Below, piece by piece: positions 39,001-53,201 of a stretch of DNA of 64,000 nt (positions are counted from its first letter, which is position 1; every line of letters starts with the position of its first letter). The stretch is from a virus. Taxonomy: Duplodnaviria; Caudoviricetes. Under the pieces are notes generated by a model, which was given only the letters and a program-made list of their open reading frames with translations, did not search any database and was not told where the DNA came from. The position numbers and the translations under genes are program-made. The stretch lies in the IMG/VR virus record IMGVR_UViG_3300026549_000046, positions 32,001-96,000 of that record. One strand, written 5' to 3'.

Positions 39001-41038
39001 ATCTTGGACATAAAAGTTTAACAGATCCTATTCCTGTATCTTCTGATTTAAAAATTCCATATAGTCTATTTATTACATGTAATGTTTCAATTAGTTCAAT
39101 ATTTCCAGCCGTAGATTCCATAGTTAGTGAATCCGATGAACTATGAGCTAAATCATCTTTCAAAAACTATCCTAGTAAATATTTACCTTTTCTTAATTTT
39201 ACAGGTTGTGTTGGGTCATATAAGTTTGATATTCTTATTATATCTATTAATCCAGAAGCTTTATTTCTAAATAATAAAATTCCATACTAATCTAATATAG
39301 GATCTATATTATCTTCACTTACTATTTCCCATATAGATGTGTCAGAATATTTTTTCATTTTAGTGATAAGATAAGTAGCATTAGTCTTTTTATTAGAAGA
39401 TTTTGCAGCTAATGATTGAATAGTATTTAAAGGATTATCTCCATCTTTATGATAATAATTTATATATGCTTCTCTTAAAGATTTTGAAGTATTTATTCCA
39501 TAATTTTTATTATATTCTGCATTTTTCTATAAATCTTCTTTTAATTTTACTAGTGCTTCTTGTTCAGACAAATTTCCATCGTAATGTCTGAATCCTACAT
39601 CAGAATTTTTTCTTGGACGATATTCCCATTCTCCTGTTGCAGAACTTTTTCTAATACCTCCATTATTTTTAATTAAATCTAAAATACCTTTTTCAGTAGT
39701 ATCTTTTTCTGGAGTAGGAAGTTCTCTATTCATTGTTTCTTGAACATCTTCAAAAATATTTTCTATATCATCTATAGCAGGAATATACAAATTCTTAGGA
39801 AACATTCTATCTAAGTTTGATTCAATATTGGTTCTTTCATCACTAAAATCAGAATTAGATAATTTCTAAAGTATTGTATTTCCAACTTTATCTCCAAGAC
39901 TTGAAATACTATCAAAAGAAACTTTTCCGTTTTCCATTTTAAATCCTTCAAATTTTAGTGGAGCTACATATAATTCCATTTTTTGAGGATTTATATTCAT
40001 TGATTGTAATATTCTTCTATATGTTGCTAACTAATATTTAAAAGTTAATATTTTTGCAGAATTATACTCAAATGGATTATTATCAACATTTAATTCAGTA
40101 TAGTCTTTTGGAGAACATTTATAGTCTATAATTCCTATTCCAGGATGTTTTTCATCACCAATTACCAATAAGTCAATTTTACCTATTACTTTTGTTACTT
40201 GACCTCCATCTAAAGTTAAATCAAGATCTCCTACAATAGGTTGTTCAGTTCTTACATAAGCATTTTTCCCCCATTTATTTCTAATTTCTTTATCAAGCTA
40301 AATGAATCTATCTACAGAACTTTCTATAATATTATCGGAAATATAGTCTTTGTACTAAGGATCTATATTATTTTTAAACCAATTAATTATTTCAGGTCTA
40401 GTAGTCTAGTATAAGAATGGCCCATTTTCTCTTATTCTCTATCTATAGAAAAGTGCAGCCATAGCATGAATCATATTACCGCATATAGCTTGTTGTTGCC
40501 ATAATCCTCCTTTTCTTACTCCATTCTAAATTACTCCTTCCATTCTTTCTCTAATTTTATTTAGAGTTTCTTGATTGGATATGGGTTTTATATTTCCAGA
40601 AGAATCCTATTCTACTAAATCTGATATAAACTATAATTCATAAGCATTAAATTTTCCCTATTTATAATCACTAAATTTATGATTCCAATAATTATCAGAA
40701 TCAAATATAGGAAATACCTAATCTGTATATCTACTAGGCATTGTATGAATTAAATCAGTAACAGATATATATGGATATTTTAAACTTCCAACATCATCGA
40801 GTTCATCAGGCTCTAATTCTTCTTTTTTAACAGTATCTATCTGAAATCCTCTATCTTTTAAGTCTTTATATGTTTTTTCTGCTTCTTTTAAATTTTTAGC
40901 ATATCTTCCTTGAATTTCAGTTAATTGAAAAACTAAATCTCCTAAAATTGGCTTTAAAGTTTCTGTAGCTAATAAATAATCATTTAAAGCCATTTCGGAA
41001 TCAAAAGTTTTATTTTTATATTTATAAACACAATTCAT
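36062..41038 (-). CDS. giant TAG-recoded protein (~1658 aa) with a PD-(D/E)XK nuclease-like domain; probable virion/ejected protein
   Basis: Track fragments at 40718, 39527 and 37142 share one frame and each ends at TAG; GKIDLL...IIDYK...Y*LATY; TAA at 36062. Confidence 0.8.
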
Positions 41039-42102
41039 TAGTTACATTCTTCTCTAAGTTCTCCAGATTTTAATAAATCCGATTTAGTATTAGCTAAAAT
41101 TCTATGAGTCATTGCATTATTTAATCCTGATGCAACACTTATATTAAATACTGAAGATTCTAATTCCTCCGCCAAATTTCTAATAGATTTATTAAATATT
41201 TCATTATCTTCTAAAGATTTAATACTATAGTTTCCATCAATTATAGTATCTATATCTCTTTTAATATTATATAATACTTGACTTATTATATCCTTCTATA
41301 AATTGTCAAACAAACTACTCTATCCAGTTACGAATTTTGATAATTCTTCAACAAAAATTTCTTCTAATATATCATTCATTGTTCGACTTCCTTCAAACTC
41401 GGAAATTCTATCTTCTATATTTGGGATATTCTGAACAACAGACATAAGTTGCTAAAAAAGTGAAGGATTTGAAAAACTAATAGACCCTATAAATAAATGT
41501 AGCATTTCATGAATTGGACTATCGATTGTAGCATTATCAATATTTATATAAATAGTCCCATTTTTTATAAATGCCTTTGCAGAATTAACATCAACATTAT
41601 TTACTAATTCGTCATTATCTATATATTTAATATTAATTCCATAACATTCTATCATTTTATTTAAAGCATTAGATAATCCGACTTTCTACTAATCTATATC
41701 TTCAGGAATATTTGTTTCTATAGTATTATCTAATATATTATATTCACTAGGTCTTTGTTTAACTTTAACAATAGTAGTATTACCAATCTCCTGCAGTTTT
41801 ATATCTAAATCTCTATGTATATCATTAAGGGCTGCATTTGCTTCTTGAATAGAATTAGTGCCTGTAGCAGCTAAAACTTTATTTGTACTTGTATAATTAG
41901 TTCCTTTATTTGAACTTTTCATAGAGATTTCTTCTTTTAAGCTAGGTAAAGAATTAGCTCCTGGAAGTTCATCTAATTCTGGAAGTCTTCCGTACTACTC
42001 TTTAAACTAACTCATTCTGTCTAAAATGATAGAATCAGAAAGTCCAGACTTTTTTAAAGTCTGAAACTTTCCATGATTCCTTAACGAGCAATAATCAGCC
42101 AT
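41038..42102 (-). CDS. zincin-like metalloprotease, TAG-recoded (354 aa)
   Basis: SPIHEMLH plus downstream EEIFVEE; fragments at 41452 and 41689 are in frame; TAATG coupling to the next gene. Confidence 0.78.
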
Positions 42103-42103
42103 T

Positions 42104-45100
42104 TTAACACTCTTGTTTTTGATTATTTCTGGATTTTAATCCATGTCTCAAAATATCTAAATCTAATTGGTAATATTTAGTTCCATCTGAACGTTTTTTA
42201 TGTTTAAACTAAAATATATCTAAACATTCCTCTTTAGTCCATCCTAATTCCTAAGAATTTTCAATAAACTAATTTAAAGTCTATTGTTTTCCATTTATTG
42301 TTAAAACAATACTATTAGAATTATTTATTATTATTTCTTTAGGATTTTCAGAATTTTCTATTAATTGGTATATGTCAGAATTAATTTCATATCCTCTGAA
42401 AATAATAGAACCATTAGAAGCAATATTAGGATTCATACTTACGTCTGAAACTTTTAATTCTTTAGTTAAATCATTCCAAGTTATATTTCTTCTTGAAGGT
42501 CCTTCGCTAAATTCACTATCATCATATCCTATTTCATTAGCTAATTGTTCATTAATAATATCCTATTGAATATCTTCAGGAATATTTTCATCCTCTGAAG
42601 AAGATCTTTCTTCTTGAATTGGTCTTACTAACTAGTATTTATTAGTTTCTGGATTTAACAAATAGGAATAAGGATATTGTGAAACATTTTCAAATCCAGT
42701 TACAACTGGGGCTAAAAATCTCATTAACATATCTTCATCCTATTCACTAAAAATAGGTTTATCTGATTTATCACGTTCTCTAAGGAAATTAGTATAATCA
42801 GAAATATGAGTATTCTAATTATTTACTACTAAATCTTCAAATAAATCCGTTAAAGCCTATACTCCAGGCTGCCCATTATATGCTATTAAATTATAATAAA
42901 ATAGTGCAGTTACTATTCCAGCATTACTTCCATCTTTTAACTTAACAGAATTTAATTCCTATAATCCCTATTTAATTTCATTAAACGTAACATTCTCCTA
43001 AGGATTCTTCATATTATAAGACTAAGATTTTGCTATATTTACTGAAAGATTATGGTCTGGATTAAATTTATAAGTTCTTAAAGTAATAGCTTTAACAAAT
43101 GCATTTTCTGGGTAATTACGTTTTAAATAAGGATATAAATAATTTACAACCCATTCAGCAAATATTTTATTACTTTTATCATCTCCTAATTTTATATTTA
43201 TATATTTAGGATTACCTTCTTCATCAAACTCTTCTTTTAATTCTCCATTTACTATTGAGAATATGGGAAGTTTAAATATTTCTTGTTGACTTCTTAAGAA
43301 TTCGTTGTTTATTTTTCTAAATATTACTGAATTAGCTGTTTTCTAGAACTAATCTAATTTAGAAGATTCTATAATATTAAGTTTTGGAAGTATCCATTCT
43401 GATAATTTGGTTTGTTCTTTATAAACTATTGATGCTACTTTTGATCCTTCATAAAGAAGATTCATAGCTTTTAAGTATCCTCTATAATGTGGAACATTTA
43501 ACATTACATCCATAATATTTACAAACTATTTTGCAGCACCATAAGCATTTATAACTGCTTTCTAATATTCAGGATTAATTAAGAATTGATTTAAATCTAT
43601 GAATAAATCATCTTCAAAGAAAATTTTACCTTCTTTTTTAAATTGTTGATTTAATGTTTTTAATGGAAGTAAAGATTCATCATCTTCTTCTAATCCTTTT
43701 CTTTTTACAGCATTTCTTAATATACTTCTAAACCCATTTATCCAATTTAACTAATCCTACACAAGATTTGGAAGTCCTTGATTTAAAGATAAAACTTTTC
43801 TAAGTTCTCCCATTTCTTCATTTACAAGATTTAGTTTTTTAATTTCATATAGTCTTGTATGTTTTTCTCCATCTCGACTATATTTATCATTAACTATATC
43901 ATTTTCTATGATTTTTCTATAATCTGTCCAATCAAAAATATTCTATAACCAAGTTTTTAGATTAGAGCCTTTTTTATCCCAAATAATATTTTTTAGGGAT
44001 TTTATAGAATCATCTTTTGATATTTCTTCTTGTAGTTTTTTCTATGTATTTAAATCTTCTTGTGCAGTAGCATTTTGTTTTCCATTAACTAAATCTTTAT
44101 ATCCTTCTAATAATGTTTTTAATTGGTTATAACTAGATTTTTCTTCTTTTAATTTTTCTAGTCTTTTTTGTTTTGTTTTAGATAAACTTTCTAAATTTGA
44201 TAATTCATCAAGTTCTAAATTCTTTTTACTTCCTTCTTTCCATGACCAATAAGCTGGATCAGATTCAATATCTTTTATTGACTATTTAATTAATTGTTCA
44301 TCAGTTTTAGATATTCTATTACTATCGGGATGTAATAAAAATCCAGCTAATTGTCTCATTCTTCTTCTTAATCTCTTACTCATTAAAGCTCTATTAAGAT
44401 CTTCTTGAGTTATTCTCTTGTTATCAGAATGAGGAATTTTATATAAGTCAAAGATTTTAAGTAATATATTCTGAACTTCTTCTGGCTATCTTCCTAAGTT
44501 CGGAGGAAGAAGTAAGAAATTTATTGCTTGAGAAAGTCTATTAAATTTTTTAGAATCTTTATCAAAAACATTTCCTTTTTGTAAATTATTTAATAATATT
44601 CCAGTGTCAGAAATCATTAGATCTCTAAGAGAGTTCATATCAACTCCCATTATTATTCCAGCAATATAAGTACCAATCATTCCTGGATCAGCATTATATT
44701 TAGATAGTGTAGGATCTTTAGCATTATCAGTACTTAAACTTAATAAAGCAGACATTAATATGAAAGCATCTTCAAGATTATCTACACTCTATAAAGCCTA
44801 TTTGACTTCTTCATTTTTAATACTATCTTCATTTTTAACATAAGAATTGGCTAAAAGCTAAAAAGATTTTCCGTTTATTCTAACATTTGCTAATAAACTT
44901 CTTTGCTATTCTTCAGAACCAAGAGCAAGTATATTATAATAATACTAACTCATTGCTTCAAAAGTTTTCATAGCAGAAGCTACAATACCTGTATTCTATT
45001 TTCCTGACAATGTAAGAATTAAACTTCTTATTCTTGCCATAATACTATTAGCATCTGATGTTACTGGCAATGCTGATAGTCTATCAAATTCCGAGCCTGG

Positions 45101-48100
45101 TGCTACAGCATCTTTAAAATCATCTGTTGCTTCATCAATTCCTGACTATCCTTGAATTAAATTTATTGGATTTTTAGAGATATTTTTAGTTTTTATAGAA
45201 ATAAAATTATAAAGAGCGTATTTACGTTTAAAGGCTTTATTCTTTCCATTTAAGAAAGTGTTATGTCTATCAATTAAATCTATTTCTTCCTAAAATCTAG
45301 GAGATATATATTTTAATTTATTTGCAGTTCTTATAAGTTCAACTAAGCCCGATAAAGAGTATTTACCATCTTCTGTGAATTCTAAACTATTAATATATTC
45401 ATCAAAATCCTCTTCAAAATTATATTCTTTAGTATTAATACTATTTTTTATTCCCCAAGCTTCATTACTTATATCCTTAACTCCCTCTAAAGAGTCTTGA
45501 TAATAAACATAGTCTCCTTGTGGAATTTTATGTAAAATAGCTCTGATAGTAGTGTAGCTTATATCTCCAGATATAGCCCAATAATCTTGAGTTTCAGTCT
45601 AATACTTTATTGCAGATAATACATTTCCATTACTATCCCTTACTATAATTTGATTGTTATTTTGAATTAAGGTATCATAATTTTTTTCATTGACATCAAA
45701 TGCTCTTGCTGTCATAGAATCAACTTGTACTTTTCTTCCAGTAGGGAATGGAAATTTTTCAGATATATCTGCATTTTCTTTAGAAGATAAATCATAAAAA
45801 CAGCTCCATGTAATTAATTCTCCATTATGAAATTTAAGTCCTAATACATTTGCTTTATCTATGTCCAGTTTATCTTATATTTTTCAATATAAGCTCGACT
45901 ATATCATCATTTCAAAATATATATTCTGAAATGTCTCGCGCTTCGGAATCTTACGAATCCTACTCCATTTCTGGATAGTCTGTGAACCTTCATCTTAAAT
46001 TGAAGATGCTTGGCTGCGGATATTCCAATTCATTTCCTTTTTTACTATATCGATAATAATTAATTATCGCCCTCAGATATATTTCTATTCTAAGTTAGTA
46101 GGAAAGACTCTAAGGAAGTCCCCGTCAATTCACGAGATTTAACGACTACAACATTATTTAAGTGCATAGTCACTACCTTGAAGGAATAACTACATTCTAC
46201 TAACATATATAGAATTAGCTTTTCCTTGGTCAAACCCAACTATTCTCATAGCCATGAAGGACTAATGAGATTGAGCTGGAGTTCTTGATACAATACATTC
46301 AAGAGAATCTAAGAAAGAAGTATGTTTATTGAATCCTTTCTAAATAATAGTTTTTAAGAATGGATATTTTATCTAAAGATTTTCAATTAGTTCTTGTTTA
46401 TTAGATAATCTATTATTAGTTATAACTTCTAATAATTTGTTTATTCCTTCTTGATAATCTTCTTGACCTTTACTTATTAAATCAGAATATCTAATTTCAT
46501 TAATTAATACATCATTATTAATAATATCATTAATTGTAAGGTCTTCTACATTCTATATTTGTAATAGTTTCTAGTCTAATCCTTTATCAACTAATATTTT
46601 TAAAGAATTATCTCCATTTCCAGATTTAAGTCCTTCTTGATGATTTTTAGTTCTTACTCTTGCTATATTTACAATTCTTTCAATTAAGTTCTAAGAAACT
46701 TCATTAGTTGAATTATTTATTTGTGATAATATCTATCCAAGATCTTCTTCTCTTACATTTCCAAATTGTACATTATTATAGTTAAAATAATCTAAAAACT
46801 GTGTCAAATTATCAGTACTTATAATCTCAGTTCCATTTTTACTTCTAAATATTTTTGTATTTTCAGTAATTGGATATAATTTCTTTCCATTTTCTGAACG
46901 ATAAAGTACTCCGTTTTCAGTAATAGTTTCTATATCAATTTGAGTAAGACCTCTAGGTAATTCCCTACCATCAGCATAATGCAAATAAATATGATTACCA
47001 CTTCCAACTTTTAATTCTAAATCAAATTGATGTGGAAGTAATTTAGAAGATATTTTTTGAGCATCTCTTTTAATAAAGAAAAATTTATCTTCCACTATTT
47101 CATCAACCTAATCCCCTTCTTGTAATCCAAATTCAGTTCTATACATCATTGGAAGTACTGCTTCGTATGGAGTTACTTTAGTTTTTGTTTTATCGACAAC
47201 AATGGTCTATCCATCTATTTGAACAGTACTAGCTGTTCCATTTCCTAAGGCATCTAAAGTTTTTTGTAAATTATGTCTTAAATATTTTTCAAGCTTAATA
47301 TTTCTATTAGGAATTAGATTGCCATTATTATCAGTAGTATAAGGAACTTTTAAAGAAATTAACCAATCATCAAGAAGTTCATTTTCAAGTTGACTTAATA
47401 TTTCATTAGATTTCCATTTATTCCATATTTCTTCCTAAATAGTTTCAGGTTCATCAAAAGTTCCGTCTTTCCTAATATACTATAGCTGTCTTACAACGTC
47501 AACCTACCATAATGAATATTCAATTCCGTCTTTAGAAGTTAAAGTACAATCATATGTTCCTAAGTCACGTCCTATAGCTTTTTGAGTAGAATTATCAATA
47601 AAAGCTTCTGTAATACGTTGTCCTTTTTTGTAAGCTTCTCTTAATAATTTAAAGTCAGGATAACTATCAACTTTAACTAATTGTAATTTATTTCCTAGTG
47701 CATCTGAAATATAATAATTTCTTCCAAATTTTATCTAAGAAATAGATAAAGGTGTAGCATCAGATTTTTTCTACATCTCAATAAGTTCTTTAGGACTTAC
47801 TTTTCCACTTAAACGATTTCCAATAAGTTCTTTTCTTCTATTAGATGGATTTAATACCATTTGACCCCCGTCCATTTTGAGACGTACAGCCTTTTCAATA
47901 CTTGAAGCAATTTTAGATTGAATAATATTGAATATACGTGGATCACTTATTGCAAAATTTCCTTCAAAATCTTCTAAGCTATTTAAATTTAATTCTTTTA
48001 ATCCCTAAGCTAATACTGACATAATGTTTCCATCTTCTATAGAAACATTATTTAAAACTTTCTTTAATAAATTATATATAAATATTTTTAAAGGTTCTGA

Positions 48101-51100
48101 ATTTCCATCTTGTAAATGTAATAATCCATCAAATCCTTCTTCAAAACTCTATAATACAACAGCTTCAAGAGCTTCATAACATTCTTGGGCAGCCTCACGA
48201 CTATAACCCCTTGCTCCTAACGCATTAACAACCTAAGTCATTAGTGATACATGTCCTCCTTCGGAATCATGTTCAGCATCAAGCTGCTCTCCAAAATCAG
48301 AAGAATTACATTCCATCCAGGTAGCCTAATAATCTTCATTATAGAAGTCTATAGAATTTATATTTGTTGCTCCGAATTTAGAAGCACCCATAGTTACAAC
48401 AAAATTAACCATAGATTGTTTAAGAACCTGAATTACATTTTCCTAAGTTTTAATTTTAGAGTTTTTGAAAGCACTTTTATTATTTGTAATTCCAGCATTA
48501 TTCATTATTTGAAGAACATTTAATGTAGAGGAATCATCATTTTCATAAGATAATCTACCATTCTATAAATGTCCAGACCATTCTCCTCCAAAAACTTCTT
48601 TCCATAACTAATAATTAGAATCTATAATTTTGTCTCCAACTCCTTCATTTCTTGAGTTATTTAATTCTTCTCCGTTACTAGCAACAGTAACTTCATCCCA
48701 ATGAGTTATTCCATTTTCATCAATTCTAAGATTACTACGTTTTGTCCATAACTATTTTTCTGGATTATAAACATACCAAGGGTCTACTTGAATTGCAGTT
48801 TCGTCATATTTTTGAAGATAATTAAAATATGGATTTTGTATTCCATTCTATTTTAGAATTTGTGTCCATTTAATAGTATCATTCATTTTACGATTCATTA
48901 TGGCATCTCTTCCATTGGCTCCAGGTAATTGACTTTCTCTAATAGATTGGTTATTAATTAAAAATCCAGCAGTTTTAATAATTAATCCAATACCCGTCTA
49001 TGAATCAAGAGCATGAGTAAAAGGTTTCATAGTAGTTCCCATTGCATCTGCTCCAAGAGAATTATTATCAAGAACATTCATAAACATATTATAGAATGTT
49101 GCACCATCATAAGGTTTAGTTCCACCTTTCTTATATAATCCTCCATAAGTAATAACAGAATCTCTTTCATCTTCAACAATAAAGAATCTTAATTTTTCTC
49201 CAATACCATATAAAGAATTTTGCATTTCTCTATGTTTAGAAGCGGTCTAAGATACTTGACGTTTTACTTGCTATCCGTATTGAGACTCTTCGTAATTAAA
49301 GATTGAAGAAGAATTTGAGTTTCCAGGATGTGCTATAAATGATCCAACAGATGTTAGATTATAAGATTCTCCTATCCACTGATTTAAAGCATTGTGTTTT
49401 TCAATTTCAGGATTTAATTCAATAGAATATTGTGAAGATAATCTGTCTTTAACAATATCTAAATCTTCAACTAATTTAAACATTTCAGAAATTAAAACAT
49501 CATCCTTAGAATTAATAATACTCTGTTCTACAATATCATTTATTGCTAACTTTGCAATATAATCAGATAGTTCTTCTTTTGATTTAGAATCAATAAATTC
49601 TTGAGCCTTTCTTACAATAGTATCATCATGCCAAGTAGGATTTTTCTTTCTTAAATTTGATTCTATTGCAATTTGAATATTTGGAGTTAATTTAAGAAGT
49701 TTATTTTTTAATCTTTTATTATTTAATAATATTTCAATAGCTTCTTTAGTAGTTAAACTTCTAAGTCTTCTTGTATTATTAATTATTTCTAAAACTTTAT
49801 CAAGTCTAAATGTAGGACTTGAAATTTTTAAGTCTGCTGGAAGACTTTCTCCAAATAATTCTACTAGTTTCTAGTATTGATTCCAATTTTCAAAATCTTT
49901 TCTTGAAATAATAGATTGTTTATTTTCTTCTCCTAACATTACTTTTCCAAGAACAACCATTGAACCTTGCATATAATTAATATCATTATTTCTTTTATAT
50001 GCAATAGCATTAGCTTTATCAGCAGCTTTATCAAGTTTTATTGTAATATTATTTCCAAAAAATTCTTGTAATAATTGATATTTGTGCCTAATTTTTTCTT
50101 GTTCTGGAGTTTCTAATAACTAAGATTTGTCAAATTTTAAATTAGAATCAATTTCAAAATTTTTAACAGGTCTTCCATATATAGATAGTTGATGGAATAA
50201 TGATGGATTGTTATGTAAAAATCCTTCTTTGTCTTTAATATAAGATACACCATCAATCATTTTTACAGAATAATCTGGCTGTCCTTTTTCAAGTACCTAT
50301 CTCTGTAAAGTAGCCACTGCATTATGTAATACACTAAAAGCTGTTACTTTAGTTAATCCTTTTTGTTCTCTAATAGTATTTAACTAGCGTATATAGTTAT
50401 TAAATTCCTAAAAATCCGAATTATAATCTAAAGTAGGAATCTACTATAACAAAGCTTTTTCTTCTTCTGAAGCAACAATTGGAATTAAAGGAGTTACTAT
50501 TTCTAGTATTACATTGTTAATTTTATTATATTCCTAAATAATATTATTATGTAATTTAGCGTAGTAATTTCCAAATTCTAACTGTTGTACTTTTCTTATT
50601 TCATCAGCAGTTAAATCTTTAATATATTTTAAGCCTACTCCTGGAATATTTACAGTATCTAAAGGTCTAACTAATATTTTAGGTAATTTAGATTTATCAG
50701 AAATTGTTGGACCAAATATTCTTATAAACGTTTCATTAATTTTTTTATGTTCTGGAGTAATTTCTCCAAATTTTCCATCGTCTGTTTCCTAAGATATTCC
50801 ATCATATAAATCATAAATAAAAGAACCTGAGAAAAATTCATTAGATGAAAATTTAATAGCCTACTAGTTACTACCTAATCCATTATAATCTCTTACAAAT
50901 TCAATTCCATTAAATAACTGATAAATTGAAAAATCATTATATTTCATAATAGAATTTGGATTGAAATTATGATTATATGATAATTCCATATATTTACTCA
51001 TAAGCTAAGATAGTCCTCTAATAGCTAACTACTTATTTTCTCCATCTTTAGCGGTATTTTCACTAGTATATCCTAACTAAATATCTCTTGTCTAACTAAG

Positions 51101-53188
51101 AGCTAATACTTTAGGATATTCAGAATTAGGAATTAATTCAGGCTATAAAGAACCTCTTGACATTCTTATTTCTGTCCCATTATAAAAATCTCCTATATGA
51201 GATTGATAATCATTATAAGTTTTTGCATTAAGAGTTTTTCCTACTTTATAATTATAAAGAATAGAACCAGCAATGTCAAATAATTCTTTAAGTGATTGTT
51301 CGCCTCTAATAGATTTGTATATACTTATAAAATTATCATCAACTCTAAATCCAAATATTTCTGATAAGAAATCATATAGTTCTGGAGTTAAATTTTGTAA
51401 ATCTACATTTTCATATGCAGTATACTATGCCCCATTTCTGTATTCTGTTTTTCCTATAGATTTTAGATTTGTAGTAACTCCATTAGAATTTCCTTCTAAA
51501 GTTAAAAGAAAATTAGTACCCTTTATATTTACAGTTAAGAAAGGAACATATTTGTTTTCATTATTTTTTTCAAATTCTCCAAACTCAACAGTTCTAAAGT
51601 TCTAAGGAACAGTAATATTATATACTCCTTCCCAAGAAAATACTTGATTATTTAATCTTTTATTAGAAGTGTTTTGAGTTATATTTATTACTTCTCTTCC
51701 TCCATTTACATTTTCTTTGTATTCACTAAATGGAGTATTTTCTATATTAACAAATAATGTACTAAAAAATCCGAATAAGTCTGAAGTCATATTATTTGAA
51801 TTAGATCTTAGTACAATAGATAATAATGAATTATTATTAGAATAGTCATAAATATTTTTATAGATAGAATGAATAATGTCCTATACTTGTGGTTTTCCTG
51901 TAAAATATGTTTTTAAATTTTTATCTAATACAGAAAAAAGAATTGGAGCAAACATTATAGGATTTGTTTTAGCTTTTGCTAATAACTTTCCTACTGTATC
52001 ATAAGTACGTTTTATATTATTAAATCCACTATCTCCATAAATCTATTTTAAATCAGATATTTTTTGTTCATCTAATGAATCATAATCTATTGAACGAAGA
52101 GTTAATTTTGGATTACTTAATAAATTCATTATTTCTCCAAAACTAGTTTTTATATCTCCAAAAGTTATTTTCTATGGAGTTATATTGTCTCCTTTCCAAA
52201 CATTAAGACTTTCTACATATAACTAAATTATACTTCCTATTTCTCCAGTCTCATCAATATCTTTTTTATCATCTTTCCATGTTCTTGCAGCTTTATTTCC
52301 AAGATTTAAAGTATATTTTTGTTTATTTCTTAATACATCAGCACTATAATCTTTGTTATAACCTATAGATACTGCATCTCCAAATGCGCTAGAAATAAGT
52401 TCATCAAAATTAATTAAAGCTACTAAAGATATATATCCTTGAAGTTTATTTCTTTGAATAGAATTCTCTAAATTAGGTATTTTAATTAAATCTATTCTAG
52501 ATAATGGAGATAATATTTTTTGTTCAAATAGTTTCTTTAAAAACTCTATTTTAGTTCCAAGAGTTCTATTTGAATTATAAGCATTTAATAATTCTGGATA
52601 AAATTCTTTTAAATAATTTTCGACATCATTTAATAAATCTTCCTAATAGCATTTAATGGATTTATCCATATCTGAACTAGAAACATTTAGTGTCCAAATT
52701 TCCCCTGTTTTATTTATAAATAAATTCTGAATTACATTATTTTTAAATCTCTATTCAAAAGATAATCTAGCATCACTAGATAAAGGAAAATATTTACTTA
52801 AAAAAGAGTTTTTCTAACTTTCTCTTTCTAGTTTTTCTTCTAATGTCTCGTCTAATATATTTTGTTTAGAATCATTTTCACTAATACTATTAAATACATT
52901 AGAATCTTCTCTCTATGATTCTATCATAGAAGGGTTAAAAGAAGATAGAACCCTATCTAAAATAGGGTTCTCTTTTCTTCTTTTTCTATTTGTAATATTA
53001 TTTAATATTTTATCTACTGCTTCAAAAAAATCCTCATCCTAATATTCAGTTCTTAAAATTTTTAGTGAATCTAAAAACTAATCAGATAATTCATTTTCAT
53101 CATTTATCTTCTATATATTAGAAAGTATATCTGATAAAGACTTACTAAATCTTTTACTACTTAATTTCCCATTACATAATAAACTCAT
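42104..53188 (-). CDS. giant single-chain (virion-type) DNA-dependent RNA polymerase, ~3594 aa after splicing; exons 53188-46166 and 45865-42104
   Basis: Fragments at 44486, 46733, 48998, 49271 and 51602 share one frame; SRTPAQSH, LFLQGSDY|DIDK (DxDxD) and GEQLDAEH motifs. Confidence 0.85.
45866..46165 (-). ncRNA. group I self-splicing intron (300 nt, no ORF)
   Basis: Exon ends in U and intron ends in G; P1 GACUAU/GUAGUC with U.G at the splice site; P AAUUGACGGGGA, Q AAUAUCCGCAGC, R GUUCACAGACUA, S AUGAUAUAGUC; removal restores GSDYDID. Confidence 0.93.
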
Positions 53189-53201
53189 AAAATCTTAATT
53201 T

